From assembly GCA_947175775.1 (NCBI GenBank), contig CAMWNY010000001.1, positions 1 through 32,277 on the forward strand: a stretch of 32,277 nt of DNA, read 5' to 3'. The notes beneath the pieces were generated by a model. The model saw only the letters and a list, made by a program, of their open reading frames with translations. It had not been told where the DNA came from and searched no databases. The number at the start of each line of letters is the position of its first letter. Position 1 is the first letter of the stretch. Below are positions 25,471 to 32,277 of this stretch, piece after piece. The position numbers were made by a program, and so were the translations under genes. This DNA is from an uncultured Lachnospiraceae bacterium (GTDB taxonomy: Bacteria > Bacillota > Clostridia > Lachnospirales > Lachnospiraceae).

Positions 25471-27216
25471 ATGGCAATGCGAATTACCACAAAAATGATG
25501 CAGAATACATCTATCAGAAATTTGAATGTCAATAAACAGCGTCAGGAGCAGCTTACAAATCAGATGGCGACGGGTAAGAAAATTACGCGTCCTTCGGATG
25601 ATCCCGTAACGGCAATCCGTGCACTGAAGCTGAATGCGTCGCTTGACAAGATAGATCAGTATTATGAGAGAAATTCCAAAGATGCGAGAAGCTGGCTTGA
25701 CTTGACGGATAAGGCGATTGACACTGTGGCGAATATTCTTGGCGGTGACGACGGAATGCGTGCGCTGATTACACAGGCAATTAGTGAATATAATGAGAAG
25801 AAGGATATTAGTGCGATTGTCAAGGATCTTGTGAGCCTTGCGGAAGAAGTTTATTCCGTAGGAAACGCAGACAGTGCAGGCAGAACGCTCTTTACGGGAT
25901 ATAGAACAGACCTTCCGCTTGCGTTTATCGCAGATAAAACGGAACAGTATAAAATCACAGAGCAGTTTACAAATCTTGACTTAGATAAAATGACTTATGT
26001 GGGAACAGGCTGTCTTAAAGAGTTAAACGATGGAAATTTCAACTCAAAGGATCAGGCAACAAATGATTATCTGATGAATACTACAGAGTACGATGTGACC
26101 ACAAATGAAATTTACCGTTTCCGCCTTGCGTATAAGAATACGGATGTTGTAAAGGAAAAAATGGTAGAGAAGATAGACCCGGCAACGGGAAGACCTGAAA
26201 TCGGTCCGGATGGAAAGCCTGTTATGGAGGTTGCAAAAGATCCGAATACCGGTCAGACAATTTATGAGCCGAATATCAAATTTGAATTTGGCGACTTTGA
26301 TAAGAAAAACGGCACAACAATTTATAGTATTAATCCTGTATATGATGACTCAGTTACGCCTCCGCAGCAGATTCCGACAAAAGACATTAAGTTCTTTGAG
26401 AGCGGAACAGAGGAAGCTTACATGACCGTGGTAAATGATCCGGATGCAGTTGTATACATTGCAAGCACAGGCGAACTTCTTCTTGGAAGCAATGTAAAAC
26501 AGAATGTTTCAGAGCTTACGCATGATACGGAAATCCGCATCAGCTATGAAAAGACGAATTGGAAGAAGAATGATCTCGATCCGGTACATTACTTTTATAC
26601 GGAGCGTAAACACGAGATACAGGATCGCTGGCTGGAATACAATAAGAACTTTTTGGAAGACCCTACGGCAAGCGGAAAGCAGATTATCGAGTATGATATT
26701 GGAAATAATCAGACAATCCGTGTCAACACGACGGCAGATGAGCTGTTTACACACGATATCGGAAGGGACATTGAAGAGCTGAATCGAATGGTTGATGATG
26801 CAAGTACCATTGAGGCGAATTTGGGCGTAATCAGTGATTTGATTGATTCCGGAAAATATGAAGGTGATGATTTAAAGCAGCTTGAGCTTGAGAAAGCGGC
26901 ATTGGAAAAAGCAAAGACTTATACCAGAGATAAGGTAACTGCACGCTTAAAGGAGCTTTTAACAGTCTTTGACGGATATATTGAGAATGTCAGCACTGCA
27001 ACGACGAACTGTGGTTCAAGAGGCAGCCGCCTGACGCTGATTCAGAACCGTTTAGGCACGCAGCAGACAAACTATAAAGAGCTTGTCAGTGAGAATGAGG
27101 ATGCGGATTATGCGGAGCTTACCGTACAGCTTGGAAGCGTCAAGATGACTTATGAGGCAGCGCTCTCGTCAATCAGTTATGTGATGCAGACATCACTGCT
27201 TGACTATATTCGATAA
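25471..27216 (+). CDS. flgL: Flagellar hook-associated protein FlgL
   Basis: MRITTKMM...ATGKKITRPSDDP and EDADYAE...YEAALS...MQTSLLDYIR motifs. Confidence 0.93.
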   Translation: MAMRITTKMMQNTSIRNLNVNKQRQEQLTNQMATGKKITRPSDDPVTAIRALKLNASLDKIDQYYERNSKDARSWLDLTDKAIDTVANILGGDDGMRALITQAISEYNEKKDISAIVKDLVSLAEEVYSVGNADSAGRTLFTGYRTDLPLAFIADKTEQYKITEQFTNLDLDKMTYVGTGCLKELNDGNFNSKDQATNDYLMNTTEYDVTTNEIYRFRLAYKNTDVVKEKMVEKIDPATGRPEIGPDGKPVMEVAKDPNTGQTIYEPNIKFEFGDFDKKNGTTIYSINPVYDDSVTPPQQIPTKDIKFFESGTEEAYMTVVNDPDAVVYIASTGELLLGSNVKQNVSELTHDTEIRISYEKTNWKKNDLDPVHYFYTERKHEIQDRWLEYNKNFLEDPTASGKQIIEYDIGNNQTIRVNTTADELFTHDIGRDIEELNRMVDDASTIEANLGVISDLIDSGKYEGDDLKQLELEKAALEKAKTYTRDKVTARLKELLTVFDGYIENVSTATTNCGSRGSRLTLIQNRLGTQQTNYKELVSENEDADYAELTVQLGSVKMTYEAALSSISYVMQTSLLDYIR

Positions 27217-27303
27217 ATGACATAAAATATTACTGAAATGATGATTAGATTGAAAAATCTGCGCTGATGTTTGATTGCAGGATGTCGGCAGATGGAGGAT
27301 GGT

Positions 27304-27774
27304 ATGGTAGAAGTAAATACGAATGCATTTGGAAAAATTGTCATAGAGGATGATAAAATTATCCGTTTTGAGCATGGGATATTGGGATTTCCCGATTTGA
27401 AAGACTTTACGCTGATTTACAACATTGACAAAGGCATAGAATCAAGCATTAAATGGCTGCAGTCGTTGGATGAGCCGAATTTTGCAATGCCTGTTATGGA
27501 TCCGAATCTTGTATTAGACGGGTATACTCCGATGTTCGACAGGGAACTTTTAAAACCTTTGGGAGGTAATCTTGATTTTGAAAACCTGGATTTGATGATG
27601 CTGGTGACAGTGACGGTTCCGAAGGATATTACACAGACTACGGTCAATTTAAAAGCGCCTATTATTGTGAATGTAGAGGAGCGTAAGGCGGTACAGCTCA
27701 TAAGCGAAGATGACGCATACAGCATTAAATACGCAATCTATGACAAGATCAAGACAAAGAAGGCAGGTGAATAA
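27304..27774 (+). CDS. fliW: Flagellar assembly factor FliW
   Basis: [18 protein letters not shown] and [11 protein letters not shown] motifs; ATG 27304 after GGAGG. Confidence 0.92.
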   Translation: MVEVNTNAFGKIVIEDDKIIRFEHGILGFPDLKDFTLIYNIDKGIESSIKWLQSLDEPNFAMPVMDPNLVLDGYTPMFDRELLKPLGGNLDFENLDLMMLVTVTVPKDITQTTVNLKAPIIVNVEERKAVQLISEDDAYSIKYAIYDKIKTKKAGE

Positions 27775-27775
27775 T

Positions 27776-28000
27776 ATGTTAGCACTATCAAGAAAAAAGG
27801 GTGAGGCATTAATGATTAACAACGACATAGAAATAACGGTGCTTGACATAAAGGGAGAGCAAGTGAAGATTGGTATTTCAGCTCCCAAGCAGGTACCTGT
27901 GTACCGGAAAGAAGTATACCTGCAGATACAGGAAGCAAATAAGGAAGCTACAAATAATGCAGCGGCAGTGAAAGAGCAGCTGGCAAGTTTGTTTCAGTAG
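27776..28000 (+). CDS. csrA: Carbon storage regulator CsrA
   Basis: [22 protein letters not shown]...[19 protein letters not shown]; true start is ATG 27776. Confidence 0.95.
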   Translation: MLALSRKKGEALMINNDIEITVLDIKGEQVKIGISAPKQVPVYRKEVYLQIQEANKEATNNAAAVKEQLASLFQ

Positions 28001-28047
28001 ATGATTTGGCAAATCAGAAAGCACAAAAACACTACAAAATATTACAG

Positions 28048-28078
28048 AAAATGTTTATAGCAGCTATAAACATTTTTT
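28048..28078 (+). terminator. Perfect 13-bp inverted repeat, probable terminator after csrA
   Basis: AAAATGTTTATAG-cag-CTATAAACATTTT followed by TT. Confidence 0.6.
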
Positions 28079-28094
28079 GTTTTATAACCGATAT
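28067..28094 (+). promoter_or_regulatory. Sigma28 promoter of flaG-fliD-fliS
   Basis: TAAA-16 nt-ACCGATAT. Confidence 0.75.
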
Positions 28095-28155
28095 AAACTA
28101 TAACTGGACTTATAAAAGTATGCGTATATGCAAAGAAACATGGAGGTGAAAAAGC

Positions 28156-28614
28156 ATGTATATAGAAACGATGAACACAGCAGTTAATACACCTGCTGCA
28201 GCGCCGGTAAGTACGTCAAGACCGGTAAACACAAGTACATCAAGACCGGTAGTGCAGGTTGATGCAGACAGTACTGTACGTGTGGAAACCACGGATGGAG
28301 AAAACACACAGGCACAGGAAAGCATAAATCAAAACTATAAGGCGGGTAAAGCAAATGCAAATGATAGCCGGACCGGAGAGGAAAAGAAGGCATCTGAGCA
28401 TGAGAAAATTAAAAAGGCAATCAGTAAAATGAACGCACAGCTTCCAAATTCAGAGGTGAAGTTTGGAATTCATGATAAAACGGATCGTGTGACAATTAAG
28501 CTGATTGATCGGGAGACCAAGGAGGTTATCAGGGAGTTTCCGCCTGAGAAAACGCTTGACATGATTGCAAAATGCATGGAGCTTGCAGGAGTGCTTATGG
28601 ATGAAAAGCTATAA
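28156..28614 (+). CDS. flaG: Flagellar protein FlaG
   Basis: FGIHDKTDRVTIKLIDRETKEVIREFPPEKTLD...GVLMDEKL; upstream of fliD. Confidence 0.92.
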   Translation: MYIETMNTAVNTPAAAPVSTSRPVNTSTSRPVVQVDADSTVRVETTDGENTQAQESINQNYKAGKANANDSRTGEEKKASEHEKIKKAISKMNAQLPNSEVKFGIHDKTDRVTIKLIDRETKEVIREFPPEKTLDMIAKCMELAGVLMDEKL

Positions 28615-28658
28615 AAACATAAAATCTATAAAGAAAAAGAAAGGATTGGGATGGGATT

Positions 28659-30248
28659 ATGTCAGATAGAATGAGAATAACCGGTATGTATTCAGGAATG
28701 GATACAGAGAGCATTGTGCAGCAGCTTGTTGCAGCAAAACAGGTTAAGGTAGACGACCTTAAAAACGATCAGAAGAAGCTGGAATGGAAGCAGACAGCAT
28801 GGCAGGACTTGAATGCAAAGATTTATAATCTGTACAGCGGCACGCTTTCAAAACTGCGTATGACAGGTAATTTTAAGTCAAAGAAAACAACTGTTTCTGA
28901 TGCGACAAAGGCAACGATTAAGGCAACAGGCAGTGCAGTAAACGGAACACAGAGTCTTAAGATTAAGGAGATTGCGAAGTCCGGTATCCTGACAGGCGCG
29001 AAGCTTGATACGTCAATTAAGTATAAAGGAACAAACAGCATTACGGGTATCGACAGCTCCTTAAAAGGACAGAAAATCAGTGTTACGGCAAAGGTAAAGC
29101 TTGCAAAAGGCGACAAATACCTCAATGAGGCAGGCAATACAATCACAGCTGAGGGCGGCGAGGAAATCAATCAGACGACAGAAATAGAAATCACGGAAGG
29201 CATGACGATTAATGATTTCACTGAAAAGCTTCGTGATGCAGGTGTGAATGCAAGTTTTGATGAAAATAATCAAAGATTCTTTATCAGTGCAACAGATACA
29301 GGCGTGGAGAATGATTTCAAGATTGAGAATGTTGGCGGCGGAGATGCGCTCAAGCTGTTAGGGCTTGATACGACAGCCACATATTCAAACGGCTCAACAG
29401 CAATCAAAACGGCAGGGCAGGACGCAAAGATTGAACTGAACGGTTCAGAGTTTGTATCAGGCTCAAATACATTTAACATTAATGGTTTGAGTATCACCGT
29501 ATTGGGCAAAACTGCTGATGATGAAGAGATTACGATTAATACGACAACAGATGTTGACGCTACATACAATGTAATCAAGGATTTCCTGACAGAATATAAT
29601 GAGCTGATTAATGAGATGGATAAGCTCTATAATGCCGATTCTGCAAGAAAGTATAATATGCTTTCTGCTGATGAAAAAGAAGGAATGACAGACGAGGAAA
29701 TAGAGACCTGGGAGGGCACGATCAAAGGTTCCCTTTTGAGAAAAGACACGCAGCTTGGTTCTGTTATGAATGCGCTTACAAATACGATGCTCGGCGGCGT
29801 TCAGGTAAATGGAAAGACACTGTATCTTTCGAACTTTGGCATTAAGACATTGGGTTACTTCAAGGCAAAGGATAATGAGCATCATGCTTATTATATTGAC
29901 GGTGATCCGGATGATGAGAATGTTTCAAATGAAGAAGACCTTCTTAGGAAAGCGTTGCTTGAGGATCCGGACGGAACGGCAGAATTCTTTTCAGGATTGT
30001 GTAAGAATTTGTATAATTCGCTTGATAAGCTTATGGGTACGACAGATTACAGCAGTATCTATAAGGTATACAATGACAAGCAGATGCAGAAAGACTATGA
30101 TAATTATACCCAAAGAATTAAGGAGGCTGAGAAGAAGCTTAGCGACTATGAGGACAGATGGTATGATAAGTTTGCGCAAATGGAGACAGCGCTTTCGAAG
30201 CTGCAGTCAAATCAGAGTATTGTGTCAAGCATGCTTGGCGGCGGCTGA
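28659..30248 (+). CDS. fliD: Flagellar filament cap protein FliD
   Basis: ITGMYSGMDTESIVQQL, GQDAKIELNG..SNTFNINGL and KFAQMETALSKLQSN motifs. Confidence 0.95.
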   Translation: MSDRMRITGMYSGMDTESIVQQLVAAKQVKVDDLKNDQKKLEWKQTAWQDLNAKIYNLYSGTLSKLRMTGNFKSKKTTVSDATKATIKATGSAVNGTQSLKIKEIAKSGILTGAKLDTSIKYKGTNSITGIDSSLKGQKISVTAKVKLAKGDKYLNEAGNTITAEGGEEINQTTEIEITEGMTINDFTEKLRDAGVNASFDENNQRFFISATDTGVENDFKIENVGGGDALKLLGLDTTATYSNGSTAIKTAGQDAKIELNGSEFVSGSNTFNINGLSITVLGKTADDEEITINTTTDVDATYNVIKDFLTEYNELINEMDKLYNADSARKYNMLSADEKEGMTDEEIETWEGTIKGSLLRKDTQLGSVMNALTNTMLGGVQVNGKTLYLSNFGIKTLGYFKAKDNEHHAYYIDGDPDDENVSNEEDLLRKALLEDPDGTAEFFSGLCKNLYNSLDKLMGTTDYSSIYKVYNDKQMQKDYDNYTQRIKEAEKKLSDYEDRWYDKFAQMETALSKLQSNQSIVSSMLGGG

Positions 30249-30298
30249 TAGATAGATTAATGGGATAGGGTGGAATATAAAGAAAGAGGGATTAGCGA

Positions 30299-30772
30299 AT
30301 GCTGAAACAAAACGGATATGCACAGTACCAAAATGCTAAAATAATGACTGCTTCACCGGCGGAGCTTACGCTTATGCTTTATGAGGGTGCCATTAAATTT
30401 GGAAATATGGCAGTCGTAGCTATGGAAAATAAAAATCCTGCAAAGGCACACGAAAATATTGTAAGGGTAGAAAATATTATACAGAATTTCAGGGATACAT
30501 TGGATAAAAAGTATCCGATATGGGAAGAATTTGAGAAGATTTACGTGTATCTTCTCCGTAGATGTCATGAATGCAACATAAAGAAGGACCCTGAAATTAT
30601 GGAGGAAGTGCTAAAGCACATCCGTTCGATGAGAGACAATTGGAAGGAAGTCATGAAGAAGGTTGCTTCTGATAAGTCAAATCCTTCGGCACAGGCAAGA
30701 GTGGCAGGCGGACGAGGAAACGCGGCAGGATATACTGCATCCGCATCTGCAGCAAAATTGACAGGAGCTTAG
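30299..30772 (+). CDS. fliS: Flagellin export chaperone FliS
   Basis: IMTASPAELTLMLYEGAIKF...RDNWKEV, plus a low-complexity C-terminal tail. Confidence 0.95.
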   Translation: MLKQNGYAQYQNAKIMTASPAELTLMLYEGAIKFGNMAVVAMENKNPAKAHENIVRVENIIQNFRDTLDKKYPIWEEFEKIYVYLLRRCHECNIKKDPEIMEEVLKHIRSMRDNWKEVMKKVASDKSNPSAQARVAGGRGNAAGYTASASAAKLTGA

Positions 30773-30785
30773 AGAGGGAAGAGAT

Positions 30786-31262
30786 ATGACGGAAGACTAT
30801 TTGCAAATTATGATTGAGAGTCTCGAAAAGAAAATTGATGTTTTAGACAGGGTGTTAGAGCTTGATAAAGAGCAGATTTCCATTGCCTTGGAGCAGCCAT
30901 TTGATATGGAGAAGTATGATAAGTCAATGGATAAAAAAGGCACGCTGATTGATGAGCTGAACAAGCTGGATGATGGCTTTACCAGCACGTATGAGAGGGT
31001 GCGTGATGCAGTGCAGACAGACCCGGGCGCATATGCTGAAAAGATTCAGAGGATGCAGGATCTTATTCGTATGGCAATTGACAAGAGCGTGGCGGTAGAG
31101 GCGCAGGAGCAGCGTGGAAAACAGGCGATGCAGTCTGCCGTAAATTCAAAACGCAAAGAGATTCGGACCATCAAGGTCAGCAATGCAGCTGCAACACAAT
31201 ATTACAAAGCAATGAGTCGGATTAATAATGTGGATCCACAGCTTATGGATAGAAAGAAATGA
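30786..31262 (+). CDS. Flagellar export chaperone, FlgN/FliT-like
   Basis: Helical protein directly after fliS; KGTLIDELNKLDDGF and C-terminal MDRKK. Confidence 0.7.
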   Translation: MTEDYLQIMIESLEKKIDVLDRVLELDKEQISIALEQPFDMEKYDKSMDKKGTLIDELNKLDDGFTSTYERVRDAVQTDPGAYAEKIQRMQDLIRMAIDKSVAVEAQEQRGKQAMQSAVNSKRKEIRTIKVSNAAATQYYKAMSRINNVDPQLMDRKK

Positions 31263-31287
31263 ACCGTTTATCGGTTCATTTCTTTTT
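31253..31287 (+). terminator. Rho-independent terminator of the flaG-fliD-fliS operon
   Basis: AAAGAAATGAACCG-tttat-CGGTTCATTTCTTT followed by TT. Confidence 0.85.
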
Positions 31288-31354
31288 GATTGTATGCACA
31301 TGGGTATCCGAAGGCTGAAATGTTGCGGAATTGTAGATACAATTACAAAAATAT

Positions 31355-31384
31355 GTTGACATTTTCTGTCAACTATACTATACT
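31355..31384 (+). promoter_or_regulatory. Near-consensus sigmaA promoter with an overlapping palindromic operator
   Basis: TTGACA(31356)-17 nt-TATACT(31379); GTTGACA-ttttc-TGTCAAC inverted repeat at 31355-31373. Confidence 0.7.
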
Positions 31385-31474
31385 AAGTTTATGTAAAGAA
31401 GTTATTTTTTCTACATGGAAGTAGCTGTTTATCAATGAAATGCATTAATAACAGAAATTGAAGGGAGTGTTTTT

Positions 31475-31789
31475 ATGTTAGTAAGGAACAGTTTGGAAAC
31501 GGGAACCGCAGCATATGCAAAGCAGGCATCATCTGCAAATGAAAAGAAGGAGAGCGTGCAGGTAGAAAAAGCGCAGGAACCGGAAAAAGCAGCGGAGCTG
31601 ACGCTGACAAGCCGTATCAGGCAGATTGCGGAAGAGAATATTATGTCATCAGAAAGTAATTTTATGGATGTTACCAAGGCGGAAGAGATGATACGTCAGG
31701 CAAATCAAAATATCCTGAGCCGGGCAGACGATGCAGTAAAGGTACAGTCAGGACAGACAGCGGCTGCCACGATAGAGCTGTTGAAATAG
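31475..31789 (+). CDS. Small protein resembling the flagellin C-terminal helical (D0) region only
   Basis: ENIMSSESNFMDVTKAEEMIRQANQNILSRADDAVKVQSGQTAAATIELLK parallels the flagellin C-terminal pattern ENLxAAESRIRDxDMAxEMxxxxKxNILxQAxxxMLAQANQxxxxVLxLL. AAGGGAG RBS. Confidence 0.7.
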   Translation: MLVRNSLETGTAAYAKQASSANEKKESVQVEKAQEPEKAAELTLTSRIRQIAEENIMSSESNFMDVTKAEEMIRQANQNILSRADDAVKVQSGQTAAATIELLK

Positions 31790-31819
31790 ATATGGATATA
31801 ATATTATCATAATATAAGG

Positions 31820-31848
31820 AGAGGCTGATTTTAAATCAGTCTCTTTTT
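31820..31848 (+). terminator. Rho-independent terminator
   Basis: AGAGGCTGATT-tta-AATCAGTCTCT followed by TTTT. Confidence 0.75.
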
Positions 31849-31947
31849 ACTTTATAGGAAATTACGTCCTATAAAGTAAAAAACCCTCCGGGGGATGCGC
31901 ACTCCGCGCTAAGGAATATGGTTGCTAAGGGAAGATGCGTCTTCTCT
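31844..31947. repeat. Intergenic multi-hairpin cassette (REP-like)
   Basis: Perfect 16-bp stem TTTTTACTTTATAGGA-aattacg-TCCTATAAAGTAAAAA, then a GC-rich CCCTCCGGGGG segment and a GGGAAGATGCGTCTTCTC near-palindrome. Confidence 0.6.
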
Positions 31948-32009
31948 ATTTGGTCATTTGTGCAAAATGTATAAATAAAAGAAAAAACATATATTTTTCC
32001 GACAAAACA

Positions 32010-32036
32010 TAAATTTACATAATTATTTGACGATAT
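32010..32036 (+). promoter_or_regulatory. Putative sigma28 promoter of the glycosyltransferase gene
   Basis: TAAA-15 nt-GACGATAT. Confidence 0.55.
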
Positions 32037-32116
32037 ACCTTATAGAGTTTTTATAATTTCCGTAATTACGAAGGAATTATGGTGAAATAAAATAAGACAG
32101 TAGGAGATTAGAGAGA

Positions 32117-32277
32117 ATGACAGCATTACCGATTTCAGTTTGTATGATTGCAAAAAATGAAGAACGGAATATAGAACAATGTTTAAAAAGCATTTCTCGA
32201 TACGGGCTGGAAATTGTGGTTGCGGATACAGGCTCAACGGACCGTACAAAAGAGATTGCCATGAAGTACGCAGACAA
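32117..32277 (+). CDS. Family 2 glycosyltransferase, N-terminal part (probable flagellin glycosylation); truncated by the window edge
   Basis: Translated by hand: MTALPISVCMIAKNEERNIEQCLKSISRYGLEIVVADTGSTDRTKEIAMKYAD. AGGAG upstream. Confidence 0.88.
   Translation, partial: MTALPISVCMIAKNEERNIEQCLKSISRYGLEIVVADTGSTDRTKEIAMKYAD

Noticed and set aside
28209-28251. 24-bp duplication in flaG (STSRPV twice)
   Set aside because: Minor in-frame duplication in a disordered N-terminus with no functional signal.
30665-30772. Ala/Gly-rich C-terminal extension of FliS as a possible read-through or fusion
   Set aside because: Normal stop and spacing to the next RBS; variable FliS tails are unremarkable.
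32040-32277. Minus-strand ORFs at the right edge
   Set aside because: Shadows of the + strand GT2 gene starting at 32117.

Overview
Chromosomal window from a motile, probably gut-associated Bacillota (gene content and order point to Lachnospiraceae; this is inference). From left to right: (1) A large minus-strand secreted surface protein (<1..2554, absent from the ORF track because it runs off the window). It has LRR (BspA/DUF285-like) modules, about 4 Ig-like repeats and a Ser/Glu repeat, and a c-di-GMP-I (GEMM) riboswitch sits in its leader. (2) A fragmentary cobalamin cluster (short cobU-like gene, cobJ, cbiD) with a tandem 68-bp triple-hairpin element between the convergent genes. (3) A PocR-domain hybrid kinase and a dual-receiver regulator. 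(4) An orphan metal-binding lipoprotein and an EamA transporter. (5) A solute-binding lipoprotein + GGDEF/EAL + cidA/lrgB operon. (6) A DUF5722-like secreted protein. (7) TetR + bifunctional homocysteine methyltransferase/MTHFR. (8) The late flagellar locus flgM-flgN-flgK-flgK-flgL-fliW-csrA-flaG-fliD-fliS-(flgN/fliT-like). (9) A 104-aa protein resembling only the flagellin C-terminus, then the start of a GT2 glycosyltransferase. The strongest leads are the riboswitch-controlled adhesin, the stand-alone mini-flagellin with its own promoter, operator and CsrA-like site, and three intergenic multi-hairpin cassettes, one of which shows an inverted loop between tandem copies. All family assignments come from motif recognition by eye; no searches were run.
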